From Octopus sinensis (Eukaryota), in NCBI RefSeq assembly GCF_006345805.1, contig NC_042997.1, forward strand, positions 91,760,001 through 91,824,000: 64,000 bases of DNA, written 5' to 3'. Under the pieces are notes generated by a model that was given only the letters and a program-made list of their open reading frames with translations, was not told the origin of the DNA and searched no databases. Below are positions 13,038 to 26,265 of this stretch, piece after piece; positions within the stretch are counted from its first letter, which is position 1, and every line of letters begins with the position of its first letter. A program made the position numbers and the translations under genes.

Positions 13038-14184
13038 TGTATGTATGTATGTATGTATATATATATATATACATACATATATACATGTATGTGTGTGTAT
13101 ATATACGTGATATGTATATACAAATATATGTGTGTATGTGTATATATGCATACATAAGTACCTGTATGCGCGCGTGCGTGTGACTGTATGTAGCGCGTGT
13201 GCGCCCGCGCGTATGTATGTCCTGTATGCACACGCATATGTGTGTATGAATACATTTATGGATAGCGTGAGCATGCACATGTATACATGTGTGTATGTAT
13301 ATGCGTGTATTTATGTGTGTGTATATGTATGTATACATATGCGCACATGTATATGCGCGTGTGTGTGCGCGCGTACGTATGTCATTATACCTTCTTTCGT
13401 TTTCTCTGATTTCTACCTATCACACTAACCTATCACATACCTCCATTTATAGAAATCTGACATCCTTTTTCTTCCCTCCACTTTAAATTTTACTACTAGA
13501 ACTACAACTCATTTTGGTATCACCGCACCCATGCCTTTTCTCTTCCCATTCCTTAATACAGCCCTATCGTATCACTACTACTCATATATCTCACACTTAT
13601 TCACTCCTTACCTTCTCATCTCTACCTATCACCCCTCCCCTCACATTATTTAGACCACCCACTAACACTCCTTTTCTCACTTCTTTCACCCTTTCTTCAC
13701 TTTTTCTTTTCTTTTTTTCACTCTTTTCACTTTTTCTTCTCTCTGTTCTGTTCTCTCTCTTTTTATTATTATTTTTTCCTCTTTCTTTTTCTCTCTTTCT
13801 TCCTTTCATTTTCTCTTCCTGTCTTCATTTTGACCTATCTTCTCATTCTAATCACACCCCCCCCCCGTCTATCCACAAATACTATCAATACAGTTTCAAA
13901 TTTTCATTCACACCACAAAACCCCTTCGAATGAGCAGCACAGAATCCACAGCTCCATACTTAGAAATGACTAAACATGAACTACTATTGGAACTTACATA
14001 CTATGTACAGGAAACTTTTTTACCACTTCTATACACCACTTGAATAATGGATCTGCAACTACAATGTTTTATATTTTATTTCTACTTCTATTCTCTTATT
14101 TCACTCTATATTGCCTATCTTCTCCTCCACAATAATTCCTTATTTCTAACTCAAACATTTACCTCTATTTAACCATCACACTTC

Positions 14185-14232
14185 GTCTCTGATGAAGGGA
14201 TATCCATAATATCCCAGAAACAGCTGTAAGAC
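14185..14232 (+). ncRNA. Minimal type-I hammerhead ribozyme (PLE pLTR type)
   Basis: Stem I GTCT/AGAC; CTGATGA 14189-14195; stem II GGGATAT/ATATCCC; GAAA 14217-14220; palindromic stem III ACAGCTGT; GTA cleavage triplet. Confidence 0.85.
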
Positions 14233-14321
14233 TATATCTATATCTCTTCCTTATAAATGTTCTGAAAACTCTTCACACTCTGGCTTTGTTATCCCTTTTT
14301 GTCTAATATATAATATATATA

Positions 14322-14375
<54 letters not shown>

Positions 14376-14604
14376 CATATATATATATATAAAAACAACT
14401 TATAAACAAGGGCAAAAGAAAATTAATTTCTATGTCAATATGCTGATAACAGACTTTTAAATCGTCAGTTTCCAAATATTATATACCTGCTACGAAATAC
14501 GCTGCCACTTTTTGATGAAATTTTTTCTGTAAAAAAACTTCATCCTATATATATATATATATATATATATCATTATATATTTATTATATTATAGATAGAT
14601 AGAT

Positions 14605-14638
<34 letters not shown>

Positions 14639-15744
14639 GAGAAAGAGTGAGATAGAGAGAGGGAGAGAGAAAGAGAGAGAGACAGAGAGAAAGTGTTTAG
14701 GGACATTTTACAGCAAGAGTACAAAATCTAGAAAAATAGAAAAATAGAAATCTAGAAAAATAGAAAAACGGTTACATTACTCAAATTTGCAACTATTCAT
14801 GTATTCTAATAAAATACTGGATATATAGAGTTTATCTTATGTCACACCCAAATCTGAATGTCAAATAAATAAACGCCAGTTGCTACAAAATTTCTGTAAT
14901 TTCTGTTTATCTACAGACTAAGATTGTTTATATTTACTTATATAATTTCCCTATGATGTTTCTGTCATATTTACTATGGCCTCTACACTTCTCTCCATGG
15001 TTCTGCACCGCTAAGAACCTTTTAGCAGTTCACTGCTCACTTATAACTCCGAATTTTCTATCACCATTTTCCCTGATCCATATACCTCGACAATGCAATA
15101 CAGTCTTTTATCTGTTATCTTTTATTTTTTACTTGTGTCAGTCATTAGTCTGCGGCCATGCTGGGACACCGCCTTGAAAAAAATATGGAACGGTTTACGA
15201 ATTTGCGTGTCATCCTTGTTAATCTTCTCTGTTTCCTTCTACATTTTAGTGCATACACTGCTGAAGCAAGTACAATCGTTCATATCTTTCATTTAAGATA
15301 GTGTTTTCAAACAATCATAACATTTCGAAAGGAAGCATAAATTTTGCCGTACGTTTTCACTCTCACCTTGCTTCACCAGAGAGGCCTAAAGCGGTATTCG
15401 GTTGGGGTCGACCGTTCCTCATTAGATCAGATGTGGCCGAGTGACTTATAAATTCACTTCGCAACCACATGGTTTCCCGTTCAGTCTTACTACTCTGCAC
15501 CTTGGGTAACTATCTTCTACTATAACCCCAGGACCGTTCAATACCTTGTGAGTGAATTTTGACGATGGAAGTGTGTGGAAGCCCGTCCGCACGCGTATAT
15601 ATATAAATATATATATATTATATTATATATATATATATATATAGTATATATCATGGACTTATTCATCGTTAGATGTCGTATGAGGATTCTGCAATTTCTT
15701 GTTGAACAATCATACAGTTGATTTGTTTATGATGATCAAATATT

Positions 15745-16035
15745 GGTCTCTTTTGCCGAACCGCTGAGTTACAGGGACGTAAACACACCAGCATCGGTTG
15801 TCAAGTGATGTTGGGGGGACAAAAACAGACACACAAACATAAACACACACATACACACATATATATATATATACATATATACGACACTTCTTTCAGTTTC
15901 CGTCTACCAAATCCACTCACAAAGCTTTGGTCGGCCCGAGGCTATAGTAGTAGACACTTGCCCAAGGTGCCACGCTGTGGGACTGAACCCGGAACCATGT
16001 GGTTCGTTAGCACTTACCACACAGCCACTCCTACG
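15745..16035 (-). mobile_element. tRNA-derived SINE, family A
   Basis: Reverse complement of family A head, body and internal microsatellite. Confidence 0.85.
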
Positions 16036-18109
16036 CTAATTCCCGTTATTTTGAATTATTCAAGTTCAAGAAGAGTGTCCACAGTATTTGCTTGTAACTT
16101 TGTAAATTTTTAAATACAGATTTGAAATTTTGTCAGTGGGTGCTTTATATACCACTGGTTTATAGTTATGTAATTTTAGCTGATCCTGCTGAGTAAATTT
16201 GACTTTTATAGGCAGATAAATTTAATTAACAGGTGTAAAAGCAACAAGATTATGGATAAACGCTAAAATTGAAATTCTTAATGCATCTTACCTGTTTGAT
16301 TTGTTACAGATGCCAACCGACAAAAATTTTGCCATTTTTCAAGATGAGGTACATTAATTTAACTTAATTAAAATACGGGTATTTTAATTAATTAAAATAC
16401 GGGTATAGTCAATACTATTGAAAAGGTTGCAAGACGCAACGAAATTTTAGGAAAATAAAAATAAGAAATAAGTGGAAATTTTACCGGTGAGTGTGTTAAA
16501 TTAGGCACAAAAAGAAAATGACTTTCCCCAGACACAACAGAATATGCTTCAACACACGAACTCATATAAAGAATCTTGCAAACCAAATCCCAAAACGATG
16601 TGTGTGTGTGTGTGTATGCGCGTATGTGTGCATGTATTTGAATGTGCGTGTGTATGTATATATGTGTGTGCGTGTCTTTGTGTTTGTTCCACCGCCGCTT
16701 AACAACCGGTGTTAGCTTCTTTATGTTCCCGTAACCTAGCGGTTCAGCAAAAGAAACCGATAAAAGACCAGACTTTTACAAAAAAATATGTCCTGGAGTC
16801 GATTTGTTCTACAAAACTCTTCAATGCAGAGCCGCAGACGAATGACTTAAGCAAATAAATAAAAGAAAGGTGGTTTTTGCGAATAGCCAGAAAAATTGTC
16901 ACCAAAGAGATAACTCATATGAAAGGGGAATAGTGAATGCAAAGAAAGAGGAGGAAATTATGCAGGTGCTATATTATGCCTTTAAGCAAGTTAATTAATT
17001 CTCCATATATCCATATTTCCAGAATTTTCTGTAGCTTTACACTACAATAATAACATTGTGAGAAAAGTATTGTACTACTACCACAAATCAAAAGTCTCAA
17101 TAAACACTTCATCCAATTTGTTTCATAGCATTTCATATCAAACTTGTAGAAGCCTTTTATGAAAGGTATCGTATTTAGCAATTACGAAAGGCTTCGTATT
17201 TAGCATTTTAGTGGTGAAAATAGTACTTGATTTGTGGTTCGAAACAACAGTTGTGTTGTTCAAGCCAAGAGTAATTTAAATGCAACAATTCCGCCATTGA
17301 TGGAGCCGGTGACGCATATTGTAAGATTCAATATAGATGTGTACTATTTTTGAACCACTGTTTTCCGGTTGTCTCGGGGAAGGGGTGTCGTAAGACAGTG
17401 ATCTTCAATACTTTGACAGCCTGCCACAACTCTTGCCAGAAAAGTGAAGAGCAACTATGAAAAGCCAATAATGATAGCTGAGCTACAGATGCACTGAAAT
17501 AACCGGGCAAACTGAAAATTGCTTGCTTTAAGTGGTTTCCTACCTACAAACTTTGTGCCCGTAACTGGTAGCAAACCAGAAGCATTTCCAGTTATGTGCC
17601 CTAAAGAGTGATGGCGCTGTGGACGAAGGGCGTGAACTTTATCGAACATTTCTAAGCCAAAAATCTACTAAACGCAGGTGTTAAAGACTTTAGATAAGTT
17701 GCGCAGAAAGAGGGTGTCTCAAAGCTGACCTTTTCGGTATAATCACTACCTCATGCGATACAAAGTAGAGGGTTGGTAATAAAACTAGCTTAGTGGGGTT
17801 CGGGTGAGGCGGGCTCAGTTTATATCAATCTAAAGCTCTTGACAGAATCAACCATTACTACTTGACAGTTGTCTTAGATGAAATCAGTTTTGATACTGTT
17901 TTAAGAGGCTGGATGTTTCTTTGCTTAGTGGCTTCTGCTCGATGGTTAGGCTTAGTTGTTTTTATCGGAACCATTTCAATCGCATGCTCGGTCCTTTTTC
18001 ATTAGTCTTGTAAATTTTACTGCTTAAGCATTGCTTTGAAAATCAGATATATTAAAGGTCACTCTACTCGAATTGGGACACAGGACAACCTCATCCGTAT
18101 ACATAAACT

Positions 18110-18457
18110 GTGTCACCGTCATAGTGTAGGACATCTCTGAAATCATGTCCGACACTATTTCATATGATTGGGTAACAGAAGCAAGTGTATGTAAGATAGT
18201 AACTCGGCAACTTAAGAAGCAAGTTCATGCTGACCAATAGCTGCCACGGGACCAAGGCTCCACTTAAGTTGATTGGAGTCTGGTTAGTTTAAGACCTCCA
18301 GCTGGATACAAAATGCGATTGAGCTATGAGCATAGTGAGTTACTATCCTACAAAGACTTGCTTTAGTTAATGCAGACCTCTGTTACCCAATCATATGCTT
18401 TTAGTATAGTACCCAACACCATGATTTCAGAGATGTCCTACATTATGGCGGTGACAC
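18110..18457. mobile_element. Foldback/MITE-like element with long inverted repeats
   Basis: 38-bp terminal IR GTGTCACCG..GAAATCATG (2 mismatches); inner IR blocks CATATGATTGGGTAACAGA and GATAGTAACTC; no TSD seen. Confidence 0.75.
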
Positions 18458-20156
18458 CAAGAATGGACTGAGAAAGAGCTGTCCCTCAAAGGTCGGGTAG
18501 TGGTGGTGAGTACCTACATTGTTTCAGTAATTTATTACTGCTTTACAGTTATGCCTTTCCCCAGGCCACATCTTTCTTGCATGTATGTATGTATGTATGT
18601 ATGTATGTATGTATGTATGTATGTATGTATGTATGTATGTATGTATGTATGTATGCATGTATATATGTATGTCGCGAGACTGAAATACTTATACAGAATA
18701 TCTATCTACAGCCAATACGCTCTGCACGGAGAGCTCGTGATGTCGTAATTAATGATGTATGGGCTTCGACTTATGTAGATTCCTAGATGTGTTGGTATGG
18801 TCAACTTGTGTCAAGAACTTTTGTCTCTGACGGGGCTCAGTTCTTGCTTAAGCATTAGCAGGAATATTGTCAAACGATATTAGACTTCTACTAGACGAAA
18901 AATTTAACTGGTGGAACCTTAATTGCATTCTACAAATGATTACTGGCAAGTGTGCTTGCCAATTTTCTGGAGTATGGGTTCTTTGGAAATGACTTGTTTG
19001 GGATCAACTTTATAGGTTACTCTATTCTCTATACTGTATACTCTATTCTACAGGAAGTTCCACGTCCATCTCATTCATTCAGTCACAGTTATACTTATTT
19101 GGGCATATATGAAGTGAAACAACAGCAAATATGAGTAGAAGCTGTGTCATCAACTCAGTTCGCTTGAATATCCTCTCTCCTAATGCGTGTGCCAATGTAC
19201 TTCTATGTGAACACCATTTAGGACATTGACAGGCAAAGAAAGCAAAATGTTTTACAGAGGAATTCAGTCAAACGAAATTTAAGAAAAAAATTTTTTTTCA
19301 GGAAATAAATTATTCAGCACAAATCTTTTTCACAAAAGCAAATACCACTCTATCCTTTGTTTATTAGATCACGAAAATGACCAGGCTTATATGAAGAGAT
19401 AACTATGAGAAGTGGAGCAATATAAAAGGGATTAGAAGAATAAGAGTTAGGGATATTAGATTTTTGGGTAAGTAAACAGTAGGAAACAGTAAAACTAGTG
19501 TACAAAATTATATGTACAGCCTCAAGGGAGTCGGATACCCTCCTCTTCTAGCCTCTTACTAAAAGAGTTTGGTTAAACGGCAACACTGGGGCGCGAATTT
19601 GCGATACATATATCCTCTTGGTAGTTAAAACAATTTACTACGCTGGTAATTGTAGATTAAAATGAACCCAGGTCACGCATTTTTCAGTTGCTTTCTAACC
19701 TCCCTCTCCTGCTAAAATCAATTTAATATTTTCATTTGTTTGCTAATGCATTTTTTTTCTCTTCTAATTTAATTTTCGAAATAAATGAATTTTTGTTCTA
19801 AATTTAATTCCAAAACTGCGTGTCATTGTATCTACCACATTGTATAAGTATTTCAGTCTCGCTACATACATACATACATACATACATACATACATACATA
19901 CATACATACATACATGCATACATACATACATACATACATACATACATACATACATACATACGTACGTACGTACATACATACATACATACATACATACATA
20001 CATACATACGTACGTACGTACGTACGTACGTACGTACATACATACATACATACATACATACATCATAAATTATATATATATATATAAATGAATGCATGCA
20101 TATATGTATGTATATATGAATATAGATATACGTATATATGTGTGTGTATGTATATG

Positions 20157-20218
<62 letters not shown>

Positions 20219-20507
20219 TATGTGTGTATATCTATGTGTATATATCTATGTGTATATATTTACGTATGTATGTAGACACTTGTGTGTCTATATATATACA
20301 TACAGACAGCCTGACAAACAATCAGACAGACAGACAGATAGATAGATATGTGCTTCTCAGGGTGTGCGTCACCTCAGCTAAAAACGAAATATTTCTCTCT
20401 TAAAATGCTGCAATAAGAACGTCAATATTAATTAATTTAATTATAGCATTGGTAGCAAATGTCTATGTGATAAAACAGAATATAAGAATCGCAAACACTA
20501 TGCCTGT

Positions 20508-20800
20508 GGGCATATGGAATAGTGGTTAAGAGCGCGGGCTACTAACCCTAAGATTACGAGTTCGATTCGAGACAGTGACCTGAATAATAGTAATAATAAT
20601 AATAATAATAATATAATAATAATAATAATAATAATAACATCGAAAAATACCTTAGGAATGAGAACCCAGTTTCGAAATTTTCCCAAGACGCCTGATGAAG
20701 GCTGGAGGGTATATCAGCCGAAACGTTGTGTTAACAACAAACTAGATGAGGACAAATGTAAATAATGTAAATCCGCCAAATGTAAATAATGTAAATAATG
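20508..20800 (+). mobile_element. tRNA-headed SINE-like element with a 3' hammerhead ribozyme
   Basis: A-box TGGAATAGTGG 20515-20525; anticodon-like hairpin GGG-CTACTAA-CCC; B-box GTTCGATTC 20560-20568; (TAA)n spacer; HHR at 20687-20732; AATGTAAAT repeat tail. Confidence 0.7.
20687..20732 (+). ncRNA. Minimal type-I hammerhead ribozyme
   Basis: Stem I GACGC/GTGTT; CTGATGA 20692-20698; stem II GGCTG/CAGCC; GAAA 20720-20723; palindromic AACGTT stem III. Confidence 0.8.
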
Positions 20801-20902
20801 TATATACTAGACCTATATTCTGATACACTCAAGCACATACTGAGACAGTCATAATATCACTTGCACATATATATATATAATGCATATCTATCTATCTATC
20901 TA

Positions 20903-20959
<57 letters not shown>

Positions 20960-22184
20960 GATAGATAGATAGATAGATAGACAGGCAGACAGTAACAAAA
21001 GTCGGAATTAAATTACACTTGCTTCTTGTTGAACATCGAGTTAAAGTTTTATAAATTTTTTTCTCTTTTCTTGCAATTTATTCTTTCTCATATTGAATAT
21101 GTTGAAATGGTAATTTCATAGTGCATGATCACACACACACAGACAAATACTCACACAGAGGTACACTCCCCTCTCCCTCACTCTCTCTCTCTCTCTCTCT
21201 CTCTCACGCACGCACACACATACACATACACACACAGATTAAATGTATGTATAAATTCTTCTTTTACACACACACACACACACATTTAGATATCAACATA
21301 TAAATATAGATTCTTTTTTCTGTTACTTGTTTCAGTTATTTGATTGCGACCATGCTGTAGCACCGCCTTAAAGTATTTTAGTCGAAGAAATCTAACCCAA
21401 AGCTTTGTAAGCCTAGTAGTTACTCTATCGTTCTCTTTATGCCGAACTGCTAAGTTTCGCGGACATAAACACAGCAGCATCCGTTATTAGCAATGGCAAG
21501 GGGAAAAACACAAACGCACATAAATATTCACATATATATATTTAATAATATCAGGATAATAAGATTTTAAAAAGTTTTACTACTAGTGGCCTAGCGTATA
21601 GAAAAATTAGTTAATAGATTATATATTATTCACATAAAATACAGTGTACATTTAAACACAATAAGAGGTTTCCATCATAGGAATACTTTATGCTAGAAAG
21701 AACAGATAAAGTCCAAACCACTAATTAGGGATAAATTCTCGAAGGGAATGAAAAATAAAAACATTTACCATCTCTTTCCTGGACTATGGTTTCTGACTTA
21801 TTTTAGTAAATAAAATAATTTACCAGGCGAAGCCTTTATTAACAAGGACGCCAAGATTAAATATATAAACAACGAGGCCAATTCAGCATGTGCTTGTTGC
21901 TTATACATTTTAATTTTTATTTCAAATCCACCTCGCAAGCGCAGTCTTTTTTGTGGGCAGCAAAAAGATGCCGCAAATTCTTCGAACGAATCTACCAGAA
22001 GCACATGCTGGATTGGCCCCGTTGTTTATATATTTAACATGGCCTCACTGGGGGGAATGTGTTCGGCATACCGCTCCCCTCAAAATTATTGGCCTTGTGT
22101 CAAAATTAGAAACGATTATTATAAAGACGGCAGACTAACAGAATCATTAGCACGCCATAACAAAATGCTTAGCGAAATTTCCTA

Positions 22185-22720
22185 GTATTGCAAAAGCATT
22201 TGATTTAGTCCCATTGGACATTAAACACGAGTACCTGGAAGATGTAGAACAACATATTAACTGGAGAGAAGGAAAAGTTACACTCATTATACCACAGATA
22301 AGTCTAAAGCAAACAGATAATAAGAAGTAGCGGTATACAGATGCATAACATTGAAGAGAAATAGACCAGAGCAGGCTGAACCCTGCTAGTCGCACACGCT
22401 AGCTAACATGGTTGTGTACGAGTGAATTTTCATTCTAAGATCCTGGGCTAGAAGTACTCCCCAGTCCTATGCAAAAGTCAGTTATTTACTGATATACCAA
22501 TTAGCCTGGGCTGGAGAGTTATTGGCGCACGATTTATGAAACATATCTCCTGATATGTTGAAAGTTGTTGTATTGGAGGACAGGAGAATACTGTCAGAAA
22601 CAAAAGGATTTCGAAAGTAAAATTGCTTGCAGATCCTGATTCATGTAAAACCTGAGTACTGGACAGGATCCCCGACCTAACAGAGATCCCTGAAGGGCAG
22701 CAACTTCAGATTGTTGTGAA
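22185..22720 (+). mobile_element. Possible non-LTR RT remnant
   Basis: IAKAFDLVP resembles the RT motif DxxKAFDxV; the rest is highly degenerate. Confidence 0.35.
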
Positions 22721-23405
22721 GGCTAGATGCTACAATTGTCGATCATGTGGTATTTTTTGAGGACGAAGGTTCTTCTGCTGCTTTTGTTGCTGTTGCTTCC
22801 AGTGTTGTTTTTGTAGTTGGTGCTACGTTGTTGTAATTGCTGCTGTCGTTGTCACTGTCGATACGAACAGTTGTTGTCGCATGAAGGACGGATCCGATTT
22901 CGACCGAATCCATCGCGAAGATTGCCCCGCCACTCTCCTTTAACAAGGCTGGGTAGGCAGCGTTCCTCTGCCTAATGGAATGGTCAAAGATAATGAAAAG
23001 ATTGAGGGCAGAGACCGTCCTCTTCAGTGAATCCTTTATTGAGTTTTTCAAGTTCGACATGGAAAGGAAATTGAGAGTGGAAAAATAAAGGTTCTCCTCC
23101 CGCAATGAATTTGTCAAATTGTGGCTAACTGTAGTGAAAATGGCTGGGGTTAGGATCTGCTTTAAGCATGTCCCTTAGAGTTGTTCCCTTCTTTTAGAGT
23201 AGGAAAACAATAGGTATTTGAGGAATCGTGCTCTTGGTCAAATTTGTGGCCTCTTGTGTCTATATTAGAAACCAATATTTCGTTAGGTCCCTTATGGTTT
23301 TGATTTTAAATGGTCCTGGGTCAACTTTAGCTTTTGTCTGCTATAGATCGATAAAATGAAAACTAATACCAATGTGGTAGATTGGTAGAACCTTTAAGGG
23401 AAATA

Positions 23406-23622
23406 CGAGGGGCTACTTAAAAATCTTGGCTTTAAGGGTATCGCGAAAGATTTGGTTGGAGGCCCAACCTTCCGAGTTCTTTTACAGGGCTTAGAAAAAT
23501 TGAAAGACCACTGTAGTAAGTGTATGAATCTGAGATGGGGAATATATTGAATAAAATTACGATTAACTGATCCTCCTGTATTTTCTTTAATCCAAAGCCG
23601 GGAACTCTTCGGCATCTCCTCG
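23406..23622 (+). mobile_element. Mariner-derived MITE
   Basis: TA-CGAGG..CCTCG-TA termini with degenerate ~28-bp TIR; internal GLEKLKDHCSKCMNL resembles the mariner C-terminus. Confidence 0.75.
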
Positions 23623-24961
23623 TATATCCTGTGTATCACATGAGATACTCAAGACATGCAAAGTGCTAAGCTTACTTCTAGTATAGTTCAGTTTAACGGC
23701 ATACGGTAAAAGCAGAAACTGCATACAATAAAATGTTTCTTATTTGTTTTTGAATCGTAATTTGATTTAATGGGAATGTGTAGCATAATGTCTTCAATAT
23801 ATTAGTAATAATCTAATTAGTTTAATCGATCTTATATATGAAAAGAATAATAAACCTCATTTATTGCATGACTAGTTTAATACATAGAAATAGAGATATA
23901 GAATGGGAAGTCCATTAACATCCGACAAAATGAAATAAATCTGCCCAGTTATTGTAATTTGTTTAATTAAAGTATATTGGATCGAGCTTAAACATTCAGT
24001 CGTTCATAGAAGTTGAAGGCAGAACAGTGCGAACGTATTGAGTGCAAAACTCATAAAAAATAATGGGGCCCGTAGCATTTGCTACTCTTGCTTCTGGGTT
24101 GATACTGCATATCACTTTAGATGCGTTGTGGATCCACAACGAAGCGGCAAATGGTAATGGGGTTGTATGGGGAATGCTAGATATTTAGAAGGCTCGTGAT
24201 TTTTGTTAGGGAACTTCTAAGTTAACTGAAGTTGTGTGTATAAATGACTGAGTATTCCACAGTCATATGTACTCTTAATGTAATTTCTATGCGCCGCAAT
24301 GAAGCATAACAAGGCTGCACCGTTGAATAACAGATATAACTCGTCTGATGAGCTTCCACACATTTCTCGTTAACCAATTTTCACTCATGAGGAATGGGTA
24401 AAATGCTGGTCATAAAAAATAACAATTGCACGAGATGCCACGTTGTGAGATCGAACCTGGAAGCCCGAGATTTCGAAACAAACGTTTTAACCATTTTATT
24501 ATACTGAATTCGCTTTGCAAGCACGTGGTTTCGGGTTCAGTCCTCCGATGCTGCTCCTTGGGCGATTGTCTTCTTTTATACTCCGGATGACCAACGCGTT
24601 GGAGTTGTGAGCGAATTTGGTTGACGGAAACTGTGTGGAAGTCCGTCGTGCGCGCACACACACACATACACACACACACACACCACACACAACACACGCA
24701 CACACACATACACACGTATATTGTTGCTATTATGTTAAACTGTCGTATGTTCAAATTTGGGCAAATGCGTTTTTTCAATATTTATTTTTGCTTTCATTAA
24801 CCGGTTCTTTTGGTCAAACTGTCGTGTCTCCTGCTGCTTCTGATGCGAAGATATCAAAAATTGTCAAAGTGTAGTACAATGGATTTGCTATGGAATAGTG
24901 AAACTATTTTTTCGTTTTCTGAAGAAGCAACGTTTTGGACTTAGGACACTTTTGCATAATA

Positions 24962-25033
<72 letters not shown>

Positions 25034-25203
25034 TATATATATAGAGAGAAGAGAGAGAGAAGAGAGATGATAGAGAGAGATAGAGCGAGAGTACAGAGAG
25101 AGAAAGAGAGAGAGTTAAACATGAACAGAGAAAACACAACAAGGAGGACGTGGAACAAGTATAATGTTATTGGACGCTAAGGAAAGGAAAGAATGGAGGA
25201 GGA

Positions 25204-25236
25204 TTTAACGTTTCGAGCGGAGCTCTTCCTCAGAAA
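25204..25236 (-). ncRNA. Minimal hammerhead ribozyme motif in a ~170-bp repeat (25120-25290) inserted in (TA)n/(GA)n
   Basis: Minus strand reads TTT-CTGAGGA-A-GAGC-TCC-GCTC-GAAA-CGTT-AAA. Confidence 0.72.
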
Positions 25237-26177
25237 CATAGAAAAAGGAAAGGTCCAAGGAAGGGAAGACGGAGAAAGAAAATCGCCAACGATACACACG
25301 CGCTCATATATATAATATATATATATCATATATATATATTATATATATATATAATATATATATATATATAATATCATCATCAGTAGTTCATATATCCGAA
25401 AAAGAAACACACTCTAAAGCATTAGTGTATTTTTTAGGAAGTTAAAAGTTTGGGTGGTCGTAGAGTGACCATTGGTTGTGTTCAGCTGTATAGGCGACTC
25501 GTCAGACTCAAATTACTGAAGAGGCTATCCGCTTTCAGCCATTTAATTGTGATGAGTCGCCTGTACTGCTAAGGTGCGAAACCAATGGTTACTCTATGAC
25601 CGGCCAATGTTTTAACTTCCTTATATATATGTGTGTTTGTGTGTGTGTGTGTGTGTGTGCGCGTTAGTGAAAGAGAGAGTGTATGTGTGCGTTCACGTGC
25701 GTTCGCGCATGCGTGTCTTAGTATTTGTGGGTGTTCCTCCCAGACTGTTGACAACGGGCGTTGGCTTGTTTACGTCTCCACAACTTAGTGATTCGGCAAA
25801 AAAGACCAATAGGACACGAAGCAGACTTCAAATAAAAGTACTGGAGAAATATGTTCTACTAAACCCCTCTAGGCAGTACCCCAGGATACCTACAGTTAAA
25901 TGAATGAAACAATGAAGAAAAAAAAACATACGAAATTTGCTTGAAAATACATATCTAAACAAACATTTGTAGGTCAGTATGTATGTTTGTGTATACGTGA
26001 ATGTGTGTAATATTTGGCTTATATTTGCTTATATGCATACGTATGTACAGCGAGGTATCTATGATATATTGTATATGTATATATATATACCACACCTACA
26101 CCACACCACACACACACACACACACAACACACACACACAACACACAATATATATATATATATATTATATATATATAT

Positions 26178-26212
<35 letters not shown>

Positions 26213-26265
26213 ATATATATATACATACATACATACATATATATGTGTATACACACACACATATA

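Noticed and set aside
17290-18030. Possible Gypsy integrase remnant on the minus strand (SSLFWQELW..LRHP)
   Set aside because: Only a weak resemblance; catalytic motifs not recoverable by eye; needs BLASTX
20508-20580. Possible tRNA gene (also 26640-26700 minus strand)
   Set aside because: Acceptor and T stems do not pair properly and the sequence continues into SINE-type bodies; treated as SINE heads
22743-23160. 124-aa minus-strand ORF
   Set aside because: No recognisable domain; partly low-complexity; likely retroelement debris
25513-25545. CTGAAGA-GGCT..AGCC
   Set aside because: Stem II-like pairing but no GAAA or cleavage arm
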